The position numbers were made by a program, and so were the translations under genes. Below are positions 11,687 through 23,032 of a DNA stretch of 64,000 bases, in pieces. The DNA comes from Hyaloraphidium curvatum SAG 235-1 (Eukaryota; Fungi; Monoblepharomycota): NCBI GenBank assembly GCA_025558095.1, contig JAIVFI010000020.1, positions 62,001 to 126,000 on the forward strand, given 5' to 3'. Under the pieces are notes generated by a model, which worked only from the letters and a program-made list of their open reading frames with translations, searched no databases and was not told where the DNA came from. Position 1 is the first letter of the stretch; the number at the start of each line of letters is the position of its first letter.

Positions 11687-12455
11687 TCGGTCGGCTTGCC
11701 AGTCGCCGGTGCCGCGCGGGAGGGTCCGGCGCGGGACGTCGGGACGTCTCGGTGAGACGGGATGATCGGCGAGTAATCGGAAGCGGCGTGCGCAATGTCC
11801 CCTTTTCCCGATATTGGGAGACAGGTCGATGCCCCTCCAAACGGCCCGCTTCTGCTCCGGAACGTGTCCCAAGATGCCGGCGGAGCTTATCGGGTATTGT
11901 TCCGCCCGGCGAAGAGGCGCCTGGACGAGCTGGACGTGCTATCGGTGGCCCCTGCGGAGAAAGCGCGGCATGTCGCCATCCCAACTTTCGGGAACTTCGG
12001 ACGTGGAGCCGGGCACAGGACAGAAAATCCCATGCACCTGTACGTCGAAGAAGCTTTCCAAATGATGGGCGTGTGGCGTAGAAGGCCGATGCGGTGTGCG
12101 TGAGGACTGCGGGAGTGGCAAGATAAGGATTTCAGGACCCCGGGATCCCAAGTCCGGCCAGCGGCCCACGCGCAAAGCAAGCAAACTCAATGCAAACACA
12201 TCATGGACGCTGTTCGGCATCCTGCGCACGCCGGCGGTTACTGTCTTCACGCTGACCGTGGCGATGTCCTGAGGGGGGCTGACTGGGCATACTGCATTTC
12301 CCTGACTTTCAGACGATCCATCCCGGGCGGGCGTAGCGGGTTCCGGGACGGCCGTGCACTTCCGTTCTATCCCGCTCTATGTTCCAGAAGCAGCCATTAC
12401 CGACATAAGAAGCCCTATATTACCGGCCCGGCCGCCTTCTTCCCGCCCCGGCGCG

Positions 12456-15178
12456 CTACTGCGCCGTCCACTCCGCCCCGTCCCCGAGGCTGCCGTCGCA
12501 CCACGGCCTGATGGCGTCGCCCCAGACCATCGTCTCGGCGTTGAGCTCCCGCAGGAACTCGCGCCGCACGGACGGCTTGTGCGTGACGGCGTACGAGACG
12601 TTGCCGCGGTCGGGCTCGATCTTGTCCTCCTCTGCGGACGCGTGCGCGCAGGGGGGTCAGCCGCGGGCTCTTTGCGGGCGGGGAGACGGGGAGACCCACC
12701 GAACCACAGCACCATCTTGGCGCCCACCCCGCCCTCCTCCACCGGCCGCCCCAGCTCCAACACCTGCCTCCACCACCCCCTCTTGACCTCCATCTCCTCC
12801 CGCCCCCCGACCGTAAAGTCGCTGGTCGGATAGTACACCGCCCCCGTCTCGGGCACCGCGAGCGGCTTCCCGGCCTTTTCCGCGATCGCGCTCACGCTCC
12901 ACACGGGCACGCCGGGATCGCACAGGTCCTCGCCCGTGATGAGCGCGCGCGCGAGGCCGGGGCGGGGGACCGAGTTGTTGCCCTCCGTGCCCTTTGGCGC
13001 GCGCTCGGGGGCGGGGATGGAGTAGTGGTACACCGAGAGGCCGATCCAGTCGACGTGGGCGTCGCCGGGGTAGTACGGCGTGTACCTGGCAAGCAGGGAC
13101 GGTCAGCTTCAACTCGGGTCGCCATCCGCCGCGCGCACTCACGGATCGTCGTCCCCGTCAATCCTCCCGTCCCCGTTGGTATCCAGCGCCAGCTTCTCCC
13201 TGTCCCCCGCCGGCACCGGGTACCAGTTGTCGTCCCTGCCCCCCACCCAGGGGTACCCGCAGTTGCCCGCGTTGGGCGCCCACATGGTCGCCGTCATGTT
13301 GGTCCGCGCGTGCACCAGGCGGTGCAGCTCCCTGAAGGTGCGCACGTACGCGACGGGGAGCTGGCCGTAGGGGTGCCATGGCCCGTTCATCTCGTGGGCG
13401 AAGCGGACGATGCACCCGACGCCGAGGCGGTTGATCCGGGCGAGCTGGTCCGCGAGGGCGGAGAGGGTGCCCTCGGGGATGTTGTCCATCGTCACGTTGG
13501 GCAGCACCGTGACCATCAGCAGGGACGGGTCGCCGCCCTCCTCCTTGGCCTGCGCGAGGAGGACCTTGGGGTACCAGTCCAGCATCTCGGCGTCGTACCC
13601 GCGCGAGTCGATGTGCACCCAGCACCCGTAGATGGCGGGACGGCGGCCGATGCGCGCGGCGAGGAGCTGAGGGGTGTCGATGGCCCAGTCCATCTGGAAG
13701 CCGAACAGCGGGCCGCCGCTGCTGGGCTCGAGCAGGGCGCCCTTGGGGGGGTAGCCCGCGGGGGGCAGGGAGCAGTTGGTGGAGCTGGTGTAGCCGGCAT
13801 TGGCGACCGCCGTCTCCGAGGCCATGGTGGCGATGCGGTACGAGATGCCGGCGATCAGGCCCGAGGCGATGAGGAGGGCGAGGGAGGCCTTGAGCCAGTG
13901 GGTGAAGGACCAGCAGGCCTTGCGCCGCCGCGTGCGGGCCGACATGGGCGCGAGGGGGTAAGTAGGCGCCTCGACGGGGGTCTTGGAGCGGCGCAGGGTG
14001 GCTTGGGTGAGGGTGGCGGAGGATGCGAGGGAGGAAGGGGTTGCCGGAACGATGGTCGGCGCCGGGAGCACGGCAGCGGGCGTCGACGGGCGGCTGGGAA
14101 GAGGGGCGGGAGGGCGGATCTGGCGGGGGGTGCCGCTGCCCACGGTCGAGGAGGGCGAGGAGGGGGAAATGTCCGAGGTCTCCATGGCTGCGTCGAAGGC
14201 AGATGCCGAGGCGGGGGGAGCTGCGGGTGCGAATGCCGATGCAGCCGGCGTAGGCAAAGCCACCGGCACCGCCGCCGATGCAACCGCCGCCTCTTTCGGT
14301 GCCGCGGATGCAGCCTCTGGCACCCCCGCCGGACGCGCGGCCTCTGCCGCCTTCGCCACGACCGCACCGGCCGCCAGCGCCCCCATCACCTCCTCCATCA
14401 GCCCATCCGCCACCTTCCCCTCGCCGGAGGTAACGTTGCGCAGCTTGGTGGGCACCGCGGCGCGGTACCGCTTGCCCGCCGCCCCCGACGCCACCACGAT
14501 GGTGGGCGCCGACACCGTGGGCGCGGCGACGGTGGGCGCCGATACCGCGGGGGGCGATATGCGGAAGGAGGAGACGGTGAGCGGTGCGGGGGCGGGCGGG
14601 TCCGGGGCGGGGGATGCGTCGGCCGCGACGCGGGCGGCGACGACGGAGGAGGTGATCCCCGATGAAGAAGGGGGCAACGAGGCGGGCGGGGGATGCGACA
14701 GCTTAAAGTCCCGGGGCAGAGTGGCGTTGCCCGCCTGCTGCCGGGCGGCGGCGGACGCCTGCGGGCCCGACAGCATCGCCGAGACGGTGCGCGGCGGCGC
14801 GGGCGCGAGGTCCGCGCTGGTGCGGCCGGCGGGGGCGTCCGTGCGGCGGCGCACCGCGCGCTTCTCGGCGGCATTTGTGCCGGATCCGCTGATCGGTCCG
14901 GCGTGGGCGGCGGACGAGTCCGGGGCGGCCGGCTTCTCCGGGGCCCTCCCCGGCCTGCCCAGCGAGTCGAAGCGCGGCGGCGGCCGCTCGGCGTCGGCCG
15001 GCGGCGGCAGCGAGCCCGATCGCGATCGGCGCACGGCCGAGGCGTCGGCGGCGGCCGACGGCGGCGAAGGCGTGCGGTGCCGGGGCCGCGGCGCGGGGGG
15101 CGCCGACGCGCGGTTGCCCCCGGCCGGCGGCGCGGCCCCCGGCGGCGATGCGCCCGGCGCGGGTGCGCCGCGGTCCAT
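12456..15178 (-). CDS. Type II membrane-anchored glycoside hydrolase family 26 (mannanase-like) with long Pro/Ala/Ser-rich N-terminus
   Basis: VRFAHEMNGPWHPYGQ, MWAPN, YYPGDAHVDWIGLSVY and KPLAVPETG motifs. TM segment ASLALLIASGLIAGISY. Introns at about 13086..13141 and 12632..12699. Confidence 0.85.
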
Positions 15179-15875
15179 CGCGGCGGCGGGTGCGGTGGCG
15201 CGGTCGGAGCGCGGGAGGGAGGGCGGCACCGGCGGTCTTTGCTCGGCGCTCGTCGGGCGGCCAATCACGGCTATCCCCGGCGCATCGGCCGCCACAGGGC
15301 ACGGATCGCTAGGCCGGGGCCGTACGGAGCAGATGGCTGCCCGGCCGGGGGGATCAGTGGCCCGGAGGGGGGGGGTGTGGGCGTTGAAGGCGATTTCCGG
15401 ATTGGGCCCGATTGACTTGGGTCCAAGACCGCGCCTCGCGGTGGAGGTCCCCAAACGGGGACTCGGGCCCTACAACCGACTCGGATGCCACCATCAAGGA
15501 CTCGCGGGCCCAGGACCGACGCATAAGGCATTGAAGCGTCCGATCCGCGTCCGCGGCATCTCGCCCCTTGCCACACGTCGGTCTGCGGCGGCACGTCCGC
15601 CCCATCGGTCCATCCGCCACATCCACAAGTCCAAGCAGGGCTCCGGGTGCTCCGAGCGGGTCATCCATCGATGCCGACACTGGGAAAAATGATGCGATCG
15701 CGGCTATCGACAAAAAGCATACAGGAACATCGGCAGCAATACAGCAGGAAACCATCCGCGCTCTTCCCCTCCCCTTGGAACCATCCCGAGTTCCCTCCCG
15801 AGGTCCCTCCCGCGTCCGAGCAACCTCCGAACCCATCATCCGTGGCACCCATCGGCACCATCCGTCTGCACCCCG

Positions 15876-16456
15876 CTAGACGTTCGCAGACACGATCCCG
15901 TCCTCCTCGACGCTCTCCACCCCCTCCAGCGCCCGCATCTCCTCGACCCCCCACCCCTCGACCTCGGGCAGCTCCACCGCGAACCCGAGGAACACCTTGC
16001 TGTAGCGGTGGGTGATCCTGCCGCCGCGGGAGAGGATGAGCGAGATGGCGTCGTCGACGAGCATGACGTTGGCGTCGGGCGCGAAGGAGACGATGTAGCG
16101 GCGGCGCGCGGCTGGAACGGCAATGGAGAGGGGTTAGGGATGTTGTGGGCGGGGGAGGAGGGGCGGGGGAGCGGGGGGGCATGGGTGCCTCCGTGCCGTT
16201 CCGCGCAAGGTGGAACGGGCAGCCCCTCCTATCTTCCCGCCCTCCCAATCCTTCCTACAGAGGAACACCAACCGGCAGCGTCCGATGCGCCCACGACCAG
16301 CGTCTCCTGCGGGTCCTCCACGCGCAGCCTGTGCGGCTCGACGTCGCGCTTGTCGAGCGGGATGGGCGGGTGCGCGGCGAGCGCGAGCGCGGGGAGGACG
16401 AGCGCGAGCAAAAGGGAGAGGAGGAGCAGCGGCGGGAGGGGGGAGGGGCGGCGCAT
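15876..16456 (-). CDS. Secreted stand-alone peptidase inhibitor I9 (subtilisin propeptide-like)
   Basis: Signal peptide and KR site. Second exon: RYIVSF..GGRITHRYSKVFLGFAVEL..VESVEEDGIVSAN. Confidence 0.8.
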
Positions 16457-16652
16457 GGCGGCGGGGCGGGGCATTGTTGGTGTGCGGCTTGGACGGCAGC
16501 AGCAGTGCCGAGTCAGCGGCCATGCGTCCTTCCGTGGCTCTCTGCAAATCATTCCATCCTACTTCAGACAAACCTAGATTTTCGACAGCAGCTCCTTCCT
16601 TTTGTTGCCCTTGAAATCCCACGTCTCGATCCCCCCCTGTTTCCGGGCGTCG

Positions 16653-17842
16653 TTAACCGCGGCCGCGGCCGCCCCCGCCCTCCGCACCCACCTTGGGCGT
16701 GACCCTGATCACCTCCCCCGCCAGCGCCTCCTCCTCCACCGCCAGCACGATCGCATCCGCCACCCTGTCCACGGGCACCTGGTAGCTCTCCAGCATCGCC
16801 CTCGTCCTTTCCGCCCGCGCGGCGACCCGCATCTGCTCCCGCAAAAGGCCCGTCACGGCGGCGGCGGGGCACACGGCGTTCAGCCGGATCGGGGGGCGCG
16901 AGCCGTCCTTCGGGAGAAGCGCCTCGTGGAGGGAGCGGGTGAAGTGCACGACGGCGGCCTTGCCGGCGGCCTGGCCCGCGGGATCAGCCCGGGCAGCGGG
17001 GGAAAAGGGAGGCACGAAACCCACGTAGACGGGCAGGTCATCCTGCGGGAAGAACGCCGCCATCGACGCCGTGTTCACCACCACCCCCTTCTTCCCGCGT
17101 CCGCCCGACGCCCGCCTCATCTCCGCCACCGCGAGCTGCGAGCCGTACACGACGGCGTCGATGTTGACGCGGTTCATCAGCGCCCAGGGGGCGTGCTCGG
17201 CGCCGTCGTCGGACTTGGGGTCCAGGGCCTTGAGGAAGGCGTCGTCGCCGAGGCCGAGGGCGGCGTTGTTGACCTGACACGGCGGGCGCGGGAGCCAGGG
17301 TAGGTCAGAATGCCGGTATGCGGAAGCCGATGGACATGAACAGCCCACCATGATGTCGATGGTGCCATATCTAGTGGTGGGAATCAGCGAGCGGCCCGGT
17401 ACAAGCCGAAGGATCGCGCCTCCCACCTATCGACAACCTTGTCGAACGCCCGCTTCAAATCCTTCAGATCCGCCAGATCCACCTCGACGAAGATGAAGTT
17501 CTCGATGTCCAGCTCCCCGGAATAGCTTCATACCCCGCCGGAAAAGCGTCAGCGCGGAGCCGGCCGACGGACGCGTCGGAGGTTCCCACTTGTCCACGAG
17601 GTCCCTGACCACCGCCTCCCCCCCCTCCCGATCGCGGTCCAGGATCGCAACGATCGCGCCCCTGGCCGCCAGCTTCCTCGCCACGGACGCGCCGAACCCG
17701 CTGCCGCGTCCGTCCGGTGTTTTCAGCCGGCATCATCCCGGCGCGTCGAGCGGGGAAAAGGGACCCACGAGGCGCCGCCGGTGACGATGGCGACTTTGCG
17801 GACAAGCTTGGAGGGCTGCGCGGGGCCGGAAAAGGGGGCCAT
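16653..17842 (-). CDS. Short-chain dehydrogenase/reductase (15-hydroxyprostaglandin dehydrogenase-like), multi-exon
   Basis: KVAIVTGGAS|GFG, VNNA, VVVNTASMAA, split YxxxK (PVY|AAGK), IRLNAVCP. Confidence 0.85.
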
Positions 17843-18617
17843 TTTGGAAGGGAGGCAGGCGGGATCGTCGCGTCGGGGACTGGCCACCGGCGATCCACCC
17901 TCCCGTCAACAACGACAGGCGGCCGACGAGCCGGGATCGGACGGCATCGGACAACTGTCCAGGTACCTACCCTCAACCTCTTCTGGATTGGAGTGGATGT
18001 GCAGAACGGCACCCAGTATGCGGGCTCTTTCGGCCGACGGCGACCTCCCCGGCCGGCCTGTGGGCGACCAGCGGCGACGGTTGTTTTCGAGGACAAACTG
18101 GTGCATTTGTTGCGGTTCTTGTACGTCGAAAACGACCTCGCCAGTGTTTTCGTAACCGTCGGCAGTGCGGTGCTCGCATTTTGGGGGTCGGACGTCCGGC
18201 GCCACGGCGAGCGCGGCCGGCCAGAGACGGCTGGCAGCCGCACTTGGTGGCGGGCATCGAAAAGAAAGGCATCCACAATTGCAGCACCGCCCAGAAGCGG
18301 CGATTCCCGCACGGCCGACAGTTCTTGGCCCTGACTGGATGGGGACGATGCGGCCCAGCGGTTGGAATAGGCGATGAGCAATCGTGATGCGGGCCGCCCG
18401 CGGCTGGCACGCATGGGGCACGTCGCACAACGGTCCGGTCAACACATTGGTCTGTGGGGAGTGTCTCGCTGTGGTGGTTTGGGCCTGCGCCGCCGCGGGG
18501 ATGCGGAGGATGCGGCAAGGCGGTTTGAGGGACGTGGGGCCAGACCGTGCGTCCTCCGCCGCCCCAACCCCTCGACGAAACCCCACCGCGGCCCACCAAC
18601 CGCAGCGGGCCCCGAAC

Positions 18618-21600
18618 ATGCCACCTCCCGCACTGCCCGCGCCGACGGAGCCCGCCGCAGCGATCCCGCGCACGCCGCCCGGCCGCCGCCGCCGCGGGGC
18701 CGCGCGCCCGCTCTTTGCCCGACTCGCCCTGCTGGCCGCCGCCGCCACCGCCGCCCTCGCGGCCCCCGCCGCCGCCCAGCCCGCCTCGTGCGCGGACATG
18801 ACCGCGCCCGCCGCGAGCACCGACGAGAGCCCCGCCGTGCTGGACGCCGGGCCGGCGCTGCTGGCCCCGGCTGGCGGCTTTGTCATCGACCCCGCGACGG
18901 ACGCCCTGGAGCTGCTGGTGCAGTCCGCCCCCGGCATCGGCAACCAGGCCAAGACCGCCTTCACCCGCACCCTGGGCTTGGCGCTCTCGGGCACCGATGT
19001 CGACAAGTGGGACGACGCGCTGGCGCTGCCCGAAGGGTGCCGAAGGCTGTGGGACCGCTTCTCCCTGGGCAGCGTGCCCGAGAACGTCTCCGTCACGACC
19101 GGGGAGTCGCCCACCTCGGCCGCCGCCTCGGGCGCCGCCCAGACGTGCTTCTTCACGCACCGCCTCTCGCTCCCCTGGGAGGACTTTCGTTCCGAGGCGC
19201 TCAACTCGTGCGGCTTCTCCAAGATCGCCAACGCCACCGCCAACGAGTACCGCGGCCGGCTGCACGTGCGCTGGGCCGACTACGCGACCCTGGCCGCCTC
19301 GACGCCCGTGCACAGCCCCTCGAGCATGTGGTACGCCGTCTCGGTGCGCATCGCGGCCGAGGCCACCGTCGAGGCGGCGCCGGTGTCGAACCAGGAGGCG
19401 CCGGTAAAGTCGGCGTTCGCGGTCACCTCCGTGTCGTACCTCACCGAGCCCGGGCACATGCACTTCAAGGTCGCCTACGAGGTGTCCACCGCGTGGCCGT
19501 ACTATCCCTACTTCCCCTCCGAGGACACCGGGGTGTTCGACGACGGCACGCAGCTCACCAGCAGGGGCGGCGGCATAAACGCGTTCCCCTCCCGCACCTG
19601 GCTCAACTCCTACGACGACGGCATGAACGGCACCGCCTCGTGCTCCAAGCCCAGCGACGAATGCACCATGCGCGGCACCCTCGTTTTCGCATGGGACCCC
19701 TCGGCCGAAACCTCCTCCTGCACCGTCGCGGGCACCTACTCCTTCAACCCCTACCTCGGCTGCTCCCCCGCCTCCAACGCGACCAACTACTGCGGCCTCC
19801 CCCTCCGCTCCGCCCTGGGTCTTCCCGACTCGTACACCGCCTTCGACGTCCCCGAGACCATCGTGGACCCGTGCACGGTGTCGACCACCGCCGGCACCCC
19901 CGACGGCGGCTCCGCGCCCCCGCTGGGGTCGGACGTCGGGTTCTCGCTCTCCACGGGGTTCAGGCAGCCCGTGGCGGCGCTGCAGCTCCGCTCGTACCGC
20001 CTCTCCCGCAAGGACCTGCTCCCCGCCGACGGATACTGGGACCTCTGGGACCCGACCGGCGAAGGCGCCGCGACGGCCATGGGCACCGCCGTCTCGCTCG
20101 AGGTGTCCATCGCGCAGACGGACCAGGAGGGCAGGCAGTGGGCGCTCACCAGCGCCTTCCGGCCCAACATGCACGCGACCGCCACCCCCGTCGCCGCATC
20201 GTACTCGGCGCCGTACGTGGTCAGCCTGCCCGACGATCTGGGGAAGGCGGTGGAACTCGAGGTCGCGGCGGAGCTGCGGATGTTCCTCGCGGGGCCGGCG
20301 AGGCGCAGGCTCGGGTACAGGGACGGGAGGCTGCTGAAGAGGCAGGGCGGGGACGGGGACCTGGGAATGGGATCGGGGCCGCTCGATATCGAGGTGCCGT
20401 CCTCGATTCCCTGTAAGTCATTCGCATGCGGGCCGATGCACCTTCATGCATGCATGTCGCTGACCTCGCATTCCCATGCAGACAACGCCACCTTCATGCT
20501 GTCCGCCGTCACATACTCCAAGGCCGCCGACGGCACCGTCACCGCCGGCTTCTCCTACTCCGCCGTCATGAACTGGCCCTACCGCGCGTACCTCCCCGCC
20601 CCGGACGCGGACAAGCTCGCACACGCCGCCGGCTACGCGGGCCTGCAGCTCGCCTCGTTCCCCTCGTCCGCGTGGTCGCACGAGGTCGTCAGGAACGGGA
20701 GCTACACCGAGAACGGGGACGAGTGCACGGCCTACGGGCAGCGCTGCGCGCTGGTCGGCACCCTCTCGTTCTCGTGGAAGCCCACCCCCGGATCCAGCCC
20801 GGCGTCGTGCGGCCTCTCCTCCCCTGACCCGCAGCGCTTCGTGCTCTCCATGGCCTGCATGCAGGCCGGCTTCAACGACGCAGCGGACTGCGACGAGCCG
20901 CTGGCGACCGTGCTATCGCTCCCCGACTTTGGCGCGTGGAGGCTGCTCGGCGACGTGGACTTCTGCAAGTCCGCCGCGTCGGACTTTGCCGCCGCGTGGT
21001 CGGTCCCGTACGATGCCGACCGGGCGACCAGGGCGCTGGGGCAGCCCGTCACGGCGCGGGGCAGCTTCTCGCTGGGGAAGCGGCTCGAGGCGGTGAGGGT
21101 GGGGTACTTCCGCGTGCAGCGGACGGACCTCTCGGGCGGGGACGGCTACTGGTCCCTGTGGGATGCGGGGGCGGTGTCGTCCGCCGGCTCGGCGACGGCG
21201 CTCGGCACCGCCGTCTCGTTCGGCAAGTCGATCGTGCCTTCCGGGGACGGCAAGTCGTGGAGCGTCGAGACCTCCTTCACCCCCAATGTGCGCCTCACCT
21301 CCGCACCGGCGTCGCTTTCCTACGCGGACAGGGCGGGGCAGATGATCGTGCTCCCCTGGGACACGGACAAGACGCTCGCGTTCGTCGCGTCGATCCAGCT
21401 GCGGATGTTTGCGGATGCCACGGCGGCGGGCGGGGCGAGGAGGAGGAGGCTGGCGTACCGAGACGAGGCAGCGGTGCAGCCGCTCGAGGCGGGCGAGGCC
21501 ACGGCGACGGCGTCGGCGGTGTTTATCCGCGTCGCGACGGGTGCCAACGCGGCGTCGGCGGGGCAGGCTACCGCTTCGTCGTCGGGCATCTCGACGGGCG

Positions 21601-21764
21601 CGGCGGCGGGGATCGCGGCGATCGCGGCGCTGGCGGTGGCCGGGGCCGCGGTGGCGGGGGTGTTGGTGTACAGGCGGAGGAGGAAGGCGAGGGTGGTGCG
21701 GACGGTGGAGGTGCAGGTGAACGTGGCCGGCGAGAAGGGGGACGGGAAGAAGGCTTGGATGTAG
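18618..21764 (+). CDS. Large single-pass membrane protein with two tandem homologous Cys-containing extracellular modules; function unknown
   Basis: Signal-like hydrophobic segment; duplicated module (WPY..ECT..GTL.F.W..DGYW.LWD..GTAVS..F.PN..LP.D..K..LRMF..RRRL.YRD); C-terminal TM followed by RRRRK; in-frame intron 20413..20481. Confidence 0.75.
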   Translation: MPPPALPAPTEPAAAIPRTPPGRRRRGAARPLFARLALLAAAATAALAAPAAAQPASCADMTAPAASTDESPAVLDAGPALLAPAGGFVIDPATDALELLVQSAPGIGNQAKTAFTRTLGLALSGTDVDKWDDALALPEGCRRLWDRFSLGSVPENVSVTTGESPTSAAASGAAQTCFFTHRLSLPWEDFRSEALNSCGFSKIANATANEYRGRLHVRWADYATLAASTPVHSPSSMWYAVSVRIAAEATVEAAPVSNQEAPVKSAFAVTSVSYLTEPGHMHFKVAYEVSTAWPYYPYFPSEDTGVFDDGTQLTSRGGGINAFPSRTWLNSYDDGMNGTASCSKPSDECTMRGTLVFAWDPSAETSSCTVAGTYSFNPYLGCSPASNATNYCGLPLRSALGLPDSYTAFDVPETIVDPCTVSTTAGTPDGGSAPPLGSDVGFSLSTGFRQPVAALQLRSYRLSRKDLLPADGYWDLWDPTGEGAATAMGTAVSLEVSIAQTDQEGRQWALTSAFRPNMHATATPVAASYSAPYVVSLPDDLGKAVELEVAAELRMFLAGPARRRLGYRDGRLLKRQGGDGDLGMGSGPLDIEVPSSIPCKSFACGPMHLHACMSLTSHSHADNATFMLSAVTYSKAADGTVTAGFSYSAVMNWPYRAYLPAPDADKLAHAAGYAGLQLASFPSSAWSHEVVRNGSYTENGDECTAYGQRCALVGTLSFSWKPTPGSSPASCGLSSPDPQRFVLSMACMQAGFNDAADCDEPLATVLSLPDFGAWRLLGDVDFCKSAASDFAAAWSVPYDADRATRALGQPVTARGSFSLGKRLEAVRVGYFRVQRTDLSGGDGYWSLWDAGAVSSAGSATALGTAVSFGKSIVPSGDGKSWSVETSFTPNVRLTSAPASLSYADRAGQMIVLPWDTDKTLAFVASIQLRMFADATAAGGARRRRLAYRDEAAVQPLEAGEATATASAVFIRVATGANAASAGQATASSSGISTGAAAGIAAIAALAVAGAAVAGVLVYRRRRKARVVRTVEVQVNVAGEKGDGKKAWM

Positions 21765-21922
21765 ATGGCGCCGGGTTCGGTGTAGACCCTGCGCTGTCGA
21801 ATTCTGCCGTCGTGCATGCAATCTGAACTTTGTCACTGTCTTTGCTGCTTCGCGCTGGTAGCTGCTCAGTCTCGGTGAATCATTCCGCCGACTCCACCTC
21901 CCAACAACCGAACTCCCTCAAA

Positions 21923-22705
21923 ATGCCCATCGACGAGCGCCCACTCTCTGAGGGCCTCACTATCCTCGACTCGGGAAAGGTCGCGTTCGATGAGCGCTCC
22001 GTCCGCACCGCGGAGCAACTCCTGTTCGACGCCGTCGTCGCGCAGGATTTTGGCCGGCTGCACGTCCTCCTCGGCCTCCCGGTCATCGACGTCAACCCCT
22101 CCCGCGACGGACCGCACGGCAGAGAGACCCCGCTGATCCTCGCCGCGCGCTTGGACCGAGCGGGCTGCGTTCGCCGCCTGCTCCGCGACCCGCGCGTGGA
22201 CCCCGAGCGCAGGCCTGGAGGCGTCACCGCGTTCCAGGCCGCCGTAAGAGCAGGAGCCACGGAAGCCGCGCTCGCGATGCTGAGGGACGGCAGGGCGGAC
22301 CCGAATGCGCGGATGTCGGACGGCTCCACGGCTTTCCTCGAGGCGTGCAAGAGGGAGACCGGTGACGTGGTCGGGCTGCTCCTCGCTTGGCGGCACAGGG
22401 TGGACGTGTTCCAGAGGGACGCCAAGGGGGACACGGGGTACCTGGCGACAAAGAGCCTGTCGGTCCGGAGGGCGATGCAGAAGGTGCTCAGCGCCGAGGA
22501 CCTGGGAAAGATGACGATCCCGGTGCAGCGCGAGCAGGCCCATCCGACGCCACCTGTGACACCACAGACGGTGCATCCGGATGGAGGCCGCTCGCAGCAG
22601 GCAGGAATGCAGCATGGAAACCCTGAGAGGCGCCATTCGGACGGAGGGAGCGGGGCGATCCGTCTTTCGCACCAGCAGGGTAGGCCTGACCGTTCGAGAC
22701 CTTGA
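21923..22705 (+). CDS. Ankyrin repeat protein (3' end uncertain)
   Basis: ETPLILAAR..VRRLL, TAFQAAVRAG, DPNARMSDGSTAFLEACK, DVFQRDAKGDTG. Confidence 0.8.
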   Translation: MPIDERPLSEGLTILDSGKVAFDERSVRTAEQLLFDAVVAQDFGRLHVLLGLPVIDVNPSRDGPHGRETPLILAARLDRAGCVRRLLRDPRVDPERRPGGVTAFQAAVRAGATEAALAMLRDGRADPNARMSDGSTAFLEACKRETGDVVGLLLAWRHRVDVFQRDAKGDTGYLATKSLSVRRAMQKVLSAEDLGKMTIPVQREQAHPTPPVTPQTVHPDGGRSQQAGMQHGNPERRHSDGGSGAIRLSHQQGRPDRSRP

Positions 22706-23032
22706 GGCGTCAAAACTCACCGAATTCCTCCTCCCGAACCATCTCCGCGGCATACCGCAGGCCCACCAATTCAGAGACGTGTTCAGTCCAGCATCGCTGC
22801 CCCTTCGCACCCGGCACCACAGCCCGAGGCCGCCAATCCACCTTCCCAACCCCGCAGCAAGCCCACGACGGACGCGATCGAAGAGCTCCTGAAGGACACC
22901 ATGTCCGAGGCCGGCTGGACCGCCCCCGGGTCCGGCAGCAGGAGGCACTCGACCAGCTCTACCCGGCCCTGATAGATACAACATGCTGTGCATAGCGACC
23001 GTGAATCGAGAAACCTTCTCGTGCCTCGTCGA

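Noticed and set aside
11795-12400. Short ORFs between the Ecl1-like and GH26 genes
   Set aside because: No motifs or convincing gene structure.
17880-18400. Lower-GC segment with protein-like translation (GYENTGEVVFDVQEPQQMHQFVLENN...)
   Set aside because: No recognisable family, start codon or splice model; possibly a relic, but unsupported.
13025-20416. Very long alternative-frame and antisense ORFs (e.g. 13025..14665+, 13983..15692+, 17973..20174-, 18374..20416+)
   Set aside because: Arg/Gly/Pro-rich shadows of real GC-rich genes, with no domain motifs; expected at this GC content.
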